Source: Ginglymostoma cirratum (Eukaryota). Taken from it: a stretch of 64,000 bases of DNA. The DNA lies in assembly GCA_024137785.1 (NCBI GenBank), contig JAHRHZ010000031.1, forward strand, positions 17,069,653 to 17,133,652, written 5' to 3'. The notes beneath the pieces are model-generated. The model saw only the letters and a list, made by a program, of their open reading frames with translations. It was not told the origin of the DNA and searched no databases. A program made the translations under genes and the position numbers. Below are positions 51,995 to 64,000 of the stretch, in pieces. Position 1 is the stretch's first letter. Each line of letters opens with the position of its first letter.

Positions 51995-52338
51995 GAGTCA
52001 TAGAGTTATACAGCACAGAAACAGACCCTTCGGTCCAATTCGTCCATGCTGACTAGATATCCTAAACTGATCTAGTCCCATTTACCAGCATTTGGCCCAT
52101 ATCCCTCTTAAACCCTTCCTATCCATGTACCCATCAAGATACCTTTTAAATGTTGTAATTGTACCCACCTTCACCACTTCCTCTGGCAGCTCGTTCCATA
52201 CACACACCACCCTCTGCATGAAAACATTACTCCTCAGGCCCCTTTTAAATCTTTCCCCTCTCATCCCAAACCTATGCCCTTTAGTTTTGGGCTCCCTTAC
52301 CCTGGGAAAAAAAAACTTGGCTATTCACCCTATCCATG
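51995..52338 (-). mobile_element. CR1/HER1 3' end
   Basis: The rc encodes RGERFKRGLRSNVFMQRVVCVWNELPEEVV..GTITTFKRYLDGYMD, with the tail ctgtgctgtataactctatgactct. Confidence 0.9.
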
Positions 52339-52417
52339 AGCACTTCTGTCCCTAGTGGAAACACCGGATTGTGAACCGAACAACAATTGGCCTTTTAACA
52401 GAATCTTTAATGTGTAG

Positions 52418-52665
52418 ATATTTTCTAATTGACCTGTTCAGAGATGCTACCACACACCTGTGGAGCAGGTAGGACCTGGAACCCTGGTCTCCATGGTCTT
52501 GTGATAGGGACTCTATTTCTGCACCATAAGAAGTTAATCACTTCTAGAGATATTTTTAATCAGTCTGTTCAGATATGTTATGATGCATGTCTGAGACAGT
52601 TGGGACTTGAACCTGAGCCTCCTGACCCAGTTGTAAGAACATATCACTACATCACAGGTGCCCTC
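52418..52665 (-). mobile_element. Two tandem diverged copies of a short tRNA-derived SINE
   Basis: ttttctaattgacctgttcagagatg..(52421) and tttttaatcagtctgttcagatatg..(52553), each followed by an rc B-box (ggacttgaacc). Confidence 0.65.
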
Positions 52666-52839
52666 ATCTTCAATATGGAAAATGTCACAAGATACTACAC
52701 AGAGTCATACCAAAATAGACAAATGACTGTATTAACTAGACATTGAATATATGTATTGTGTATTATTGCTAAGGACAGCAGAATCCTTCAAATGTTTTGA
52801 ACATATTTCTCTCTTTCAGTGGTATTCATCACTAGAAGG

Positions 52840-53220
52840 ACAGGGCTGCATTTAAATGGAGCCTTGTATGACCTCACGATGTCTCAAAGCTCTCTATAGC
52901 CAAAGAACTACTTTTGAAGTGTAGTTATGGTTGTAATGTAGGAAACAATAGCTGCTAATTTTAACACAGCAAGCTCCCACTAACATTTTTGGTGAAGTTG
53001 GTTGAAGAATCAATATTAACTGGGAAGAACTCCCCGAATGGCCTCAAAATAATGCCGCAAGCTCTATGACATCCACCTGGGTGGACAGCAGACACTTCTG
53101 ACTGTGCTACACTCCTTCAGTATTGCCCAGAAGTGTCAGCCTCGATTAGGGGGTCCAGTCTGTGAAGTGGAGCTTGACTTCACATTTTGCCGACAGCTGA
53201 GAATGCACCACTTAGCTGAA
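52840..53220 (-). mobile_element. DeuSINE (SacSINE1-like)
   Basis: gatgtctcaaagctct.tatagccaaagaactacttttgaagtgtagt..gttgtaatgtaggaaac..acagcaagctcccac..acatccacctg..aagtgtcagcct. Confidence 0.8.
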
Positions 53221-53559
53221 TCATTTGGCAGATATCTGAGTGTAGCTTTGTTATTGAATGCGGGATGTCGCGAACACCGTGAATATGAATTGTATTTGTA
53301 AACCGCTCAACTGCCACCTTTTCCTGAATAGGTTTATCAACCCTTCACGATATTCCCCCTGAATTAATCTCCTGGAAGCCATAGCCAGCATCCCAGGAGA
53401 CGTTTCATAGCACCCTTGAAAGAAGTGTGTTTTTGACCCATTGTCCAGGCACACTTCTACTTGCTCAGCTCCAAAGTTATTGCTGATAGGATTTAAACTT
53501 TATTTTTTGTTTTCCTAATTTATACTGTGAAGAACTGTAATGTAGAACTTTCAGCTTTT

Positions 53560-53712
53560 TTCTTCGTTTCTGTATTTTTGTACTGAATCTATTTTAGTAC
53601 CTAAGATTTGTAACTAGGTACTTTGTACCTAAGGTGACACCATGCGGCGACATTGTATGCTTCTTATGGTCCTCCTGTACTTTTATGCTTGAGTTCATGT
53701 GACAATAAAACT
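53560..53712 (+). mobile_element. Short retroposon 3' end (Rex1-like tail)
   Basis: Ends catgtgacaataaa and is similar to the rc of 17180-17290. Confidence 0.55.
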
Positions 53713-53902
53713 TAATACTAATTTGTTTGGGTGGTGGGAGTTTGGATACTGTGCACCATGAAGCATTGCATCCACCCAGAGCTGATAACCCCTGTTTCCC
53801 AGTTGTTCCTAATTGATGTCAAGATGCATTCATTTGAGCCAATGTTTATCTTAGGGTTCTGGAATGATGCTAGAATTTGATTTTTTTTGTTTTGCCTTCT
53901 AG

Positions 53903-54479
53903 ATCAAAGAGGAAGCTTTTGGGAAGGAAAGATTCTGATGATGGGCCAAATGTAAATAAACCAAAATCATCCCCCAGCAGTTCCCCCGGGACTCCACCTG
54001 CTGTCCAAAAGCAGCCTGGCCCTATTTATAGGAGCGTCCGAAAATCAAACACTTCCCATGAGGAGTTCAAGCTGCTGCTGCTGAAAAAGGGCAGCCGCTC
54101 AGACTCCAGCTATCGACTGTCTGCCACCGAGATACTGAAGTCCGCAAGTCCAGTTTCTCCCAAGTCTCCAGGAGACAGTTCCCCAGAGCAGGCTAAAGAT
54201 TCTGAGGACACGTCCCCTTTCCCTTCCGGATGCGAAATGCAGTCACCGATGTCACCGTGCTCCCCCAGGTTCAGTACGGAAGGAATCTCCGCCCGCAGCT
54301 TCTCGGTCTCGATGTCCTCCCGACCGAGTCGCTCCCGAGCACCGCCAGTAGCAGGCAGCAGCCGTTACAGTGTCCGCAGTCGCCTCCACAGTGCACCGAT
54401 GCAGGTCATCTCTGAGGGCGAAGCGGAGAACTCAGATGGAAGCCCACACGACGATCGGAACTCACAGGGCACACAATAA
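53903..54479 (+). CDS. NHS: NHS terminal coding exon (human exon 8 equivalent) with stop TAA
   Basis: Acceptor ttttttttgttttgccttctag. It encodes (R)[11 protein letters not shown]...[34 protein letters not shown]...[49 protein letters not shown], closely matching the NHS C-terminus. Confidence 0.97.
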
Positions 54480-56970
54480 CTGTCCGCTGTAGAACAAACA
54501 TAAATGTGCATGTGTTTTTTTTTTGGTTTAGCAATGTTTATGCTGAAAGGTTTATCAAAAAGCAGGGCAAGGTCTAAACTGTTCAGAACACAAAAACAGA
54601 TTATTGCCCAAGGTCTAACACAACAATAGGTACTGGGATAAGACATCCCTTCACTGTTCCTTCAAAACTGCTAATGATTCAATCATTTTAGTGTACACAT
54701 ATTTTGATTAACCAGCGCAAACAACGAAGAGAATTTTGATGGAAGAAAATTTAAGGATGTCCGTAATGAATTTGGGCAAATACTCTGTTTTTAAAGTTTC
54801 AGATGAATTTTGCAAGGTTTAGGCATGGTTGTTCCCTATTTGTGTGAAATTAGTGGGGTGTCGTTATCCTAGACTGATTAAGCAGAAGCCTAAGCAATAG
54901 GACAAATTGTGAGAAAGGTACATTGCAGTTCTTGGTATTCCTGATTGAGTGATGATAGATGAGAAGTGGAATGGCTGTGCTCTGTGCAGCACAGTCTTTG
55001 AAACTAGTGTAAATATCATTATTTTTAGTTGATTTGAAAAGGTATTAATCCTTTGAGCAATGCACATTCTTAGTCATTTGCATCATCAGCGTATTCTAGG
55101 AATGAAATAGTCCTTGATCTTAAGGATTAATACAATGACGGAGGAGGAAAAATATGAGCAAATTAGTTTCTTTTTCAAAATATTGTCTTCACACTGATCT
55201 TCAAACAGTCTAGATATTATTCCTAAAGATGACCACATCGCGTTTGTGACTTCTTCTAACCCACAAACCACAACTGAGATAGCCTATCACTATAATTAAT
55301 TTGGAAGAAAAACCTTTTACTGCCTCAAAAGATTGACAGAGTTTTTACATTTACCTGGATATTTAAATCTAATTGAATTATTATGTAACTAATAATTATA
55401 AATATATAATTGTCCACTTCTAAGAGTTTAAAATTATACATTGCTCAAGTATTCTTCCATTACAGCTTAAATCTTAATTAACTTCTACTGTTTACAGTAG
55501 AAATAGGATTACAGCTAAAGGATTAATACTGTACTACCTAATAAAGAAAAATATTGTCTTTTTGGATTTACTAAAGATCATTATATTGTACAAATATACA
55601 AAAGGAACCTAAGGAAATGATTATTTTTGTGATTAAAGTTGAAATACTTGTGTGTAGACACCAAGAATTGCATGTGTGCAAATATGCCATATTTTAAAAC
55701 AATATACAAGCATTTTTGGAACCACAATGGTGGGGGTTGAGGGAAAAAAAAGAGCTTTTTTGACAGGACTAGGCCAAAACGGACATTACCATTGTAATGA
55801 AAATGTTTTATCTACAGGTTGTAATGCACAGATGTCAGTACGGTGGAATTAACTGAGAAGATAAAAAGACAGGTTTTTTTGTAGTTTTAAGTTGTTCAGA
55901 AAAAAGGGAGAGAAGAGCAGTAAGTGCATGGGGGAAGTTTTAACCTAAAGGACTTGGCAATGCAGAGTAACTTTGGGCAAAGTGTAAAACCGGGCTGATC
56001 CTATGGTTGGCCGCCCAGTAACTTAGCATGTAATTAGCCCCCATAGGTTTGTGAAGGAATTGGTGATGGTGTAAAGTCAAAAAATGAATAGGATAGAGGA
56101 TCTATTTCATGTATGTTGGAAATACAATATTCAAGAGTGAGAAGAGGATGAGTAACAGTGTGAGATGAATGATGCGCGAATGGGTAAGAAAATGGGGTAT
56201 GTTTAAAGTGCAGATTGATCCAGTGATTTCAGTGAAAGAAATTTTGCAAAGAAGATTGTAATTCCACTTTGGCATGCTGAAGAAGTGCAGAAAGCAATGC
56301 AGATTTTGAAATATCTACACTGAAGAATTGAAGACAGTCCCATGTTAAGAATGGACAGAGATAATGCTGTAAACACTCTTTTCTCGAAAAACAATCACAA
56401 GTACATTTGGCACCATGAGCTGATTCTCTTCAGTTCAGTTCACTACACTAAGCATTGTTGTTCTCTTTTAACTTGAATGTTTATTCAACAGCCGAGGTCA
56501 ACTTCAGTTGGAAGAAAATGACTGTTACAAAATGCGTAACTATTATATCTGGCCAGGACAAGACTTCAACGATAGCAACCACGTGAGAAAAAGATAACAG
56601 GAAATCATGCAGATGATGGAAACTGGAAATAATGACAAAAGTGTTGGAAATGCACAGCAAAACTGATCAGCATTTGATAAATGATCACATGTCAATGGAA
56701 ATCCTCCAGTAAAGAAGTAAAAATCCTCCACAGATGCTGAGTACATGAGAAACCTTGCTGGGGTGTGGAAGGTGCGGGGTGTTGAAGCGAAGTATCTTAC
56801 AGTATTACCTTTTCCTGCCTACTGATAAAATTCCTTCTGTGACATCAATTATTTCTTTCTTGTCTATCAAACCTTACGCTATTTGGAATAACCTGATTCC
56901 TATGAATGAGCACATTTTCTTCTGTAATATGAGTGCTTTTTATCAGTGCAGTTAGATGTAAATTAGACAA

Positions 56971-57013
56971 TGCACGCACACCCACACACACACACCCCCC
57001 CACACACACACAC
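56971..57013. repeat. Interrupted (CA)n microsatellite in the 3' UTR
   Basis: tgcacgcacacccacacacacacacccccccacacacacacac. Confidence 0.85.
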
Positions 57014-57949
57014 GATTATTTGAGCACGTAAAGCACTCGATGAAAAAATGTTTTTCAGCAGAGCTATATATACCAGCTGTCAAGCAGCTAAAATATCTTC
57101 AGCTGAGTGCCATATCTTTTTTCCCTCTAGAATATGTGGCTGCATGGAGGTGATTAGGAATGAAGAACAGAATCTTCTGGACAATTTACTTGCTGAAATA
57201 TACAATGCACAGTTAAAAGAGATATTGCTTAGTTATTTTGTAAAGCACTCATATGATTACTGAATGCTTTGACAGCACTGCCATCTTTGGACAAGGTGAA
57301 CTAATTATATTGTACAAATTACTTTTGTGAACCATCATTCCAATACGTGTGTTCTGTTGTTTGCACTGAAGTGTAAGACAGTGGGTGTTTGAAGTTCTGC
57401 CGCTGCTTTCTGATAGCGTTTGATGATTCCTAATTTATATAGGCTTTCTTTCTGTTTATTTGGCACATATAAGACAACTGCACAGTTTAAATCAAAAATG
57501 TATACTGTCTCTTAAAGAATTACGCCTAGGTTTTGCCAAAGGTTGAATGAACGCATCTTAACTGCATAGATGGCAGAGTTAACAAAATATTGGTTTTGGT
57601 TTATTGTATAAAAATAAATATAAGAGAAGGTTACAGTGTAACTGTATTGGTACTAGAACCAGTTCATCTGGAAGACAAGAATGGTTTATGGATTTGCAGC
57701 CATTTTATAATTTTTTTGTAATATTTGTAAATATGGACTTTTTAAAATGCCGAGATGCTTTTTTGTAAAATGTTTTCAAAGTTTACAATTAATTTCTAAG
57801 CCTTTGTATATTTTAGAGCTGTGCAACACTTTTAAGTCTTGTATTTATTTTTAGTAAAGATTGTGAAACTTTCCCTGTGAATTATCCCCAAGTACAGTAC
57901 ATATGGCCAGTCAAGTCTGGCTGCTTCGACAGTGTGCATAGAGCCTGAG

Positions 57950-57955
57950 AATAAA
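57950..57955 (+). terminator. Candidate polyadenylation signal AATAAA
   Basis: gagAATAAAtgtgactgc lies downstream of multiple TGTA/U-rich elements and upstream of a U-rich tract (ttctttttcc ~57985). An alternative AATAAA lies at 57613-57618. Confidence 0.55.
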
Positions 57956-59659
57956 TGTGACTGCATTGGATCGGCAGAAAAAGAATTCTTTTTCCAATGG
58001 TTCATTTATTTCATGCTTAACCTCACTCATGCAGAAGGATCCACAAAGGAGCATATTATACACCAGGTATACACACAGACCAAGAAGTTCATCTGTAATC
58101 TCAAATGTCATGTAAACAGACATTGATTTGATAACAAGCAAGGGGATTCCCAAGAAGTTCTAATTGTATTTCAGGCACCTTAACTGCAAAGATTAAGCTC
58201 AAGCAAGTTGTTTTATTTAATAGGAGGATTACCCAGAATGAACATTTGCAAAACACGGGTAATGTACAATAAGCAAACATCCCATAAAATACGCTAAATT
58301 GCAATTGTGATCAAGGCACATCTTACAGATTTCTCATTATTGTCCCTGAAAATTATTGACGTGGATGAGCCATCAAATCTCATTATATTACACAAGGAAT
58401 TACAATTTTGCATTCTTACTGATCTGGCCTTAAGATCCCTCTCAAGAGTAGTTTCTTCATGGGCTGCCTCAACAGCTGTTGTTGTAGTCAATCAAACTGT
58501 TGTCCTGGGTCCATACTCCTCTGGATTCTGAAAACTGCACTTCTGTACTTATTCACAGGCACCGCTGCAGCTTTTCACTGACAGCTAGCTTCCCCATGCT
58601 ATGTCCTTTCTTATGTTTTTCCTTGAGATTCAATCTTTCTCAACTGTGTCAAGAAGACACATCCTATGGCTTTCCAACATCTCAGCTATACTGATGTATT
58701 TTGGCACTTGGCTTCTCATGAGCCACTGCTATTTTAAATCCTAACTTTAACATCTAGCTACCTTATAATGCCCAGACCTCGGACTGAATTCTCCTAGCAC
58801 AGAGCTATCCAAATGCTCTTAGGACTTAGGCACTGTGTTCCCTTCATAGGACCCATGTAGTTTAGTTAACTTGCTTTCAAAAACAGTTAAAAATCAGCAC
58901 TTCTAACATGGAATCTACTTCCTGTCCCTTTCACATGCTGACATTTTTATATGTCTGTCTCCATTGAATTCCTGTTTAGTGATGCCTGAACACCACCTGA
59001 GTGACCTATTGAACACTTAGCAATAACTCCCTGTCCTATTGCTGGGGTAAATTGAATGTTGCTATCCATTAACTTCTGGACCGAGTGTCATAAATGTTAT
59101 CAGTCATAGATTGCTGGCTTATTCAGTACAGAAAATTGATACACATAGAGGATGTCATCAAAATTTTCAAGAACTTCAAGTACTTTTGACTGGTTAATAT
59201 TTAAATTAATATGGGATTACTGGAAGCATCAGTCTATCAAGCCTTTGTCATTTTTAGTGGTATCATTATTGATTTGTATATTAACTCCATTCTTCATTTT
59301 ATATCCCTTAGTAACCTTTGATAACAAAAAGAAATCTATTGATCTCAGAGCTTAACTCAAGTTACCATACACTGTATTTTGTACAAGATTGTTCCACACA
59401 TTTACCTGCCTTCGATGGTCTGGCTGTGACTTTCTTGTTAGATCCCCCTGTCTCAGAATACCCACCAGCAGAAGCTTCTGTATTCCCTGACAGTTCCCTT
59501 CAAAATACTAAAAGCCTCAATCAAAACACCCCTTGACTTGTAATATTCCAGGCAATACAATCAAGTTGATGTAATCTCTCATAATCTAACCCTTAGATCC
59601 CTTCAAAAGAAATGGAGGATGTGTACAGATGTCATTCGAAGATAAAAATATACTTTCAA

Positions 59660-59765
59660 TATTTTCTAATCAGCCTGTTCAGAGATGTTATGAGACACCT
59701 CTGGAGGAGGTGGAACTTCAATCCAGCACTCCTAGCTCAAAGCACGCTACTACTGCACTGCAAGA
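59660..59765 (-). mobile_element. Short tRNA-derived SINE
   Basis: ttttctaatcagcctgttcagagatgttatgagacacctctggaggaggtggaacttcaatcc, the same family as 52418-52665. Confidence 0.65.
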
Positions 59766-59872
59766 CTGTAAAAATGTCCTTTCTAAGGTGCACCAACCCA
59801 TAATTGAATATGGTGCTCCAGATGTAGTCTAACCAAGGCATTATACAGCTGCAGAAAAACTTCTTCTACACA

Positions 59873-60162
59873 GGGTGGCACAGTGGCTCACACTGCTGCC
59901 TCACAGCACCAAGGATCCGGGTTTAATTCCACCCTCAAGCGACTGTCTGTGTGGAGTTTGTACATTCTCCCTGTGCCTGTGTGGGTTTCCTCTGGGTGCT
60001 CTGGTTTCTGCCCACAGTCCAAAGATGTGCAGGTTAGGTGGATTTGTCACGCTAAAGTTGCCTGTAGTGTTCAGGGATGTGTAGGTTAGGTGCGTTATAG
60101 GGGGATGGGTCTTGGTGGGGTGCTCCGAGCTTGGTGTGGACTTGTTGCACTGAAGGGCTTGT
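59873..60162 (+). mobile_element. HE1-like V-SINE
   Basis: gggtggcacagtggctcacactgctgcctcacagcaccaaggatccgggtttaattcc..cccacagtccaaagatgtgcaggttaggtgga. Confidence 0.9.
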
Positions 60163-60335
60163 ATTTAGCCTTACTTAAAGGCTAACATTCCAATAGGTTT
60201 CTTGATTATATTTTGTGCCTGACTATGAGCCACTTCCTTTGTTTTCAACTCATGTTTGCTACTTCCTCAGTTTTAGTTGTTATTTCACTTGTAGTTGGTT
60301 AACAAACTTTAATAACTGTAATAAGCACAGGTTAT

Positions 60336-61331
60336 AGAGTCATAGAGATATACAGCACAGAAACAGACCCTTCAGTCTAACTCGTCCATGCTGACCAAGT
60401 ATCCCAAATAAATCTAGTCCCATTTGCCAGCATTTGGCCCATATCCCTCTACACCCTTCCTATTGATATAGCCATCCAGATGCCTTATAAATGTTGTAAT
60501 TGTACCGGCCTCCACCACTTCCTCTGGCACCTCATTCCATACACATACCAACCTCTGTGTTAGAAGTTGCCCCTTAGGTCCCTTTTAAATCTTTCCCCTC
60601 TCACCTTAAACCCATGCTCTTGAGTTTTGGGCTCCCTCACCTCGGGCAAAAGACCCTGACCAAATACCCTATCCATGACCCTCATGATTTTATAAACACC
60701 TATAAGGTCACCCTTCAGCCTCTGATGGTCTAGGGAAAACACCCTCAATCTATTCAGCCTCTTCCTATAGCTCAAACTCTCTAACCCTGGTAATATCCTT
60801 GTAAATATTTTCTGAACCTTTTCAAGTTTCACTTGAAAGCAAGGAGACCAGAATTGCACGCTATATTCCAATGGTAGCCTAGCCAATGTCCTGTACAGCC
60901 GCAACATGACCTCCCAACTCCTATACTCAATGCACTGACCAATAAATGCAAGCATGCCAAATGCCTTCTACCTGCAACTCAATTTTCAAGGAACTATGAA
61001 CCTGCACTCCAAGGTCTCTTTGTTCAGCAACACTCCCCAGGACCTTACCATTAAATGTGTAAGTCCTGCCCTGATTTGCCTTTCCAAAATGCATCATCTC
61101 ACATTTATCTAAATTAAACTCCATCTGCCACTCCTCAACCCAATGGCCCATCTGATCGAGATCCCATTTTACTCTAAGCTAATATTCTTTGCTGTCCACT
61201 ACCACCAATTTTGGTGTTATCCGCAAACATATTAACCAGACCTCCTATGCTCCCATCCAAATCAGTTATATAAATAATGAAAAGCAGTGGACCCAGCACT
61301 GATCCTTGTGGTTACAGGCCTCCAGTCTGAA
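60336..61331 (-). mobile_element. CR1/HER1 LINE 3' kilobase (RT C-terminal part plus 3' UTR)
   Basis: The rc encodes PQGSVLGPLLF, WVEEWQMEFNLDKCEMMHFG and MLAFIGQCIEYRSWEVMLRLYRTLARLPLEYSVQFWSP. Confidence 0.92.
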
Positions 61332-62774
61332 GAGGTCTGTCAGTGATGTGTATCTTGCACACTCTGTCTGTCAGGCAGGTGGAAATAAGATTTCTCCTTT
61401 GCAAGAGAGCAAAATTAGGCAGTCAGTGTTCAACCTGTCTTTCTAAACTTTATTTGTTTCTTCATAGCATTAAAATTAAGACCGAAGATGATAGAACAGT
61501 GTGTCCAATGGATATTGTTACAACTTAATACCCCGTTGAACATTTTTTTTATCTCCCATGACTAACATACAGTTTATGCATTTTATTTGAATCCTTCAGT
61601 TCAGACTGTATTGCCATTTAGCTGCAACAGTTCAGAACTAAATGAATGGGTGAGTGATACATCAACTGAAAACAAGAGAGGCAAGTGTAACAATTTTGGG
61701 TCTAACCTTAATCTTGTCTCAGGTTCAGCAGTACCAAATCACTCTCATAAGCAAACCCCATATACTATGCTCAGAAATGTGCATCTACTTCCTAATGTAT
61801 AATCAAACAATAGCATAACCAGAAATGTAACAACAGTATCCCATTATGCTGTTGTGTATATCACATATGCTCCCATTGCCTTTCCCCAATCTTTTGATAC
61901 TTGGGCTGAAAGCAATTTAAAGACATGAGTGGCCCTTAAAGTAGTCAATTTGTCAGTTTTCTTTATTGATACATATGATTAGTGGAAATGGGTGGGTTTA
62001 CAAACACTTTGTCCCAACGTAATGGTAATAATCAATCTTTCTTTCAACCATAAAAGGAGTGAATCTTGCATCTCCAGACACATATGCAGTGTGGAAGTTA
62101 TGGTTTTCAACATTATTACTCTTTATTTCACTGCGTCAGTCGATAATGATGTTATTCATCAATGTTAAGTTTCAGTTTTGCAGAAGGATGCATGCTTAAA
62201 ACATGTTGTTACAGATATTTCTAATGTAGAAAATGCTGGTTTGTAATTGCATTTAATTGACTTCCTATAAATGCTTTTTATTTCATGCTGTTATTTTATG
62301 TGCTAGACTTTGCTTTCAGGGATAAATCTCAAGTTTCCGAAAGATACTGTGAATGATTTAATTAATGCTTCTCTTTATGTGTTGCCTTTGATAATTGCAA
62401 ATTGTTTAGTTCTATTTATACAGCATTTGGACTTTTTTTTTGCAAACTCCAATGCTATGAACATTTGAATTAAAGTTTGACAATATGATTCGTGATTTTG
62501 CAATGCAGGCCACAGTACCAATAGATGTTGATATACCCAAGAACACAGTTCAACATAATCCCTCACACAACAAATGTGCACTTTTGGTGTCTTGAAATGA
62601 ATAAACCAGCAGACAGAAATATTTGTGATGTCCTGCATGACTTTGCCATCCAGAAGGATCTTCATCTGAAAATCAATGAGCAATGATTTGTGATTGATTC
62701 CAGAGCTCCACAAACAAAGACCGACATGACCAAGTGAAAATATGGACAAAGAGCAGGTCTCCCTTCTCAGTTAC

Positions 62775-62878
62775 CTTATTTACCCTATCCACGCCCCTCA
62801 TGATTTTATAAACATCTCTGAGGTCACCCTTCAACATCTGATGTTCTATGGAAAATACCCCCAGTCTATTTAGCCTTA
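62775..62878 (-). mobile_element. CR1 fragment
   Basis: taccctatccacgcccctcatgattttataaac..aggtcacccttcaac, homologous to 60665-60760. Confidence 0.75.
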
Positions 62879-63434
62879 GACTTGTAAATCTATCCAGAAC
62901 AGAAGCTGTTTAACCCGCATGGTCTGTATTTCAGGGAAACAGCTACTTGCCAAAGTGAAAGGCTTGTAAGTGCGAGGAAGTCATGATTTAAAGTGTACAG
63001 TGCTCTGGTTGGTTAGTTGGTGTATGGAGTCCTGCCATCCGAAAAATGAAGATTTGATTTATTCATGAAGATCGGGAAAACCTGAATTTATCAGTCTCGA
63101 GTGTAAGTATCATGATGTACAAGAAAAATCGAGAAGTAACTTTGATGTATTTTAAATTTATAAAGTCACAATGACAAGATCAAATTGGACAATGGTAAAT
63201 CTAAGATTAGTGTGTCAGGAAACTAATGGCTGAACTATAGAAGCTGAAACAGAAGGACTGCTGGAAACTTTCTGCATTGATTAATTAATGATTAACTGAA
63301 TGACCCTACCTCATCTGTAATTATCCTGTGATCCTGTAACTTTCCTGAGAGAAAGAAGCATGATTGCTAATTATGAATTAAAATTATGTTTATAAATATA
63401 TTTATGGTTGATTTTGAAATTAAGACGATATTTA

Positions 63435-64000
63435 CACTTGTGCTTTTCTTGATCCATAATATGGACCTAAACATAGGTGTACAGGGGACAATTTCAAAAT
63501 TTGTAGATCCTACAAAACTTGTGACTTCTGTAGGCTGTGAGGAGGATAGTGGTAAACATCAACAGAACACAAGCAAACTGTTGGAATGGGTGGACACGTG
63601 ACAGAAGAAATTTAATGCAAGGGAATGTATCAGGATAAACATAAGGAAGGACAATAGAAAGGATATATTCTTCAGTGGAGTGCAGGAGAAAGGAGACCTG
63701 GTGTATACGTGCGAAAGTTATTTGCAAAAGCGGTTTACACAGCACAGGGGGTCGTCGGTTTACTAAACTGAGACATAAAGTTTAAAAGCAAGGAAGTTCT
63801 GGTGAATCTTTATGAAACAATGGTTCAACATCAACTGGAGTACTGTAAGCAGTTTCGGGCGCCACATTTTAGCAAGTATAACGCATTGGAGACTGTGTAG
63901 AAACGAGTTATAAGCCTGCTTCAGGAGATGAGACTTCCGTCACTTTAATTGATTGGTGAAGCAGGTAGTGTTATCTATAATGAAGGCTGAGGGGAAATTT
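63435..64000 (+). mobile_element. Decayed CR1 RT C-terminal fragment, running off the window end
   Basis: Encodes LFLIHNMDLNIGVQGTISKFVDPTKL (SKFADDTKL-like) and KSKEVLVNLYETMVQHQLEYC.QFRAPHF. Confidence 0.85.

Larger units (their letters stand above)
54480..57980 (+). other. NHS: Putative NHS 3' UTR (~3.5 kb)
   Basis: AT-rich and free of recognisable transposons. The distal U-rich tgta-containing block precedes AATAAA at 57950. The end point is inferred. Confidence 0.6.
59290..60220 (-). mobile_element. Old CR1 fragment broken by two SINE insertions
   Basis: CR1 rc pieces at 59290-59600 (tatcccttagtaacctttg..aatctattgatctcag), 59770-59865 (aatgtcctttctaaggt..ctccagatgtagtctaaccaagg) and 60165-60220 (aaaggctaacattccaa). 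Confidence 0.65.

Noticed and set aside
8711-54479. Assignment to paralogs NHSL1 or NHSL2
   Set aside because: The exon 3a peptide, [13 protein letters not shown], ARERNVIVH and the C-terminal [16 protein letters not shown] match my recollection of NHS specifically. A phylogeny would confirm.
59873-59945. tRNA gene
   Set aside because: It is a tRNA-like SINE head with degenerate boxes and no full cloverleaf, continuing directly into the V-SINE body. The same applies to the other SINE copies.

Overview
This is vertebrate genomic DNA, almost certainly from a shark or other elasmobranch. The inference rests on HE1-type V-SINEs, SacSINE1-type DeuSINEs, CR1/HER1 LINEs and Penelope-like fragments. 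The window holds the 3' part of one plus-strand gene, NHS (Nance-Horan syndrome actin remodeling regulator). Seven coding exons splice in frame with canonical AG/GT borders: 8711-8832, 16277-16339, 33427-33622, 37682-37813, 39430-42489, 45307-45427 and 53903-54479 (stop). They total 4271 coding nt, about 1423 aa. A roughly 3.5 kb transposon-free 3'UTR follows, with a likely polyA signal at 57950. The N-terminal WAVE-homology exons lie upstream of the window. Introns and the downstream flank are a mosaic of decayed CR1, L2, RTE, Rex1, Penelope-like, SINE, solo-LTR and PIF/Harbinger remnants plus two minisatellites. Almost all short ORFs in the track are spurious or repeat-derived. I found no evidence of a new multi-gene system. 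The most worthwhile leads are modest: three in-frame acceptors on the giant NHS exon, the conserved 63-nt cassette exon, candidate short linear motifs in NHS, a ~390 bp palindrome, a hairpin-forming 48-bp minisatellite and an internally deleted RTE. Repeat family names and comparisons with human NHS come from recall, not database searches, and repeat boundaries are approximate.
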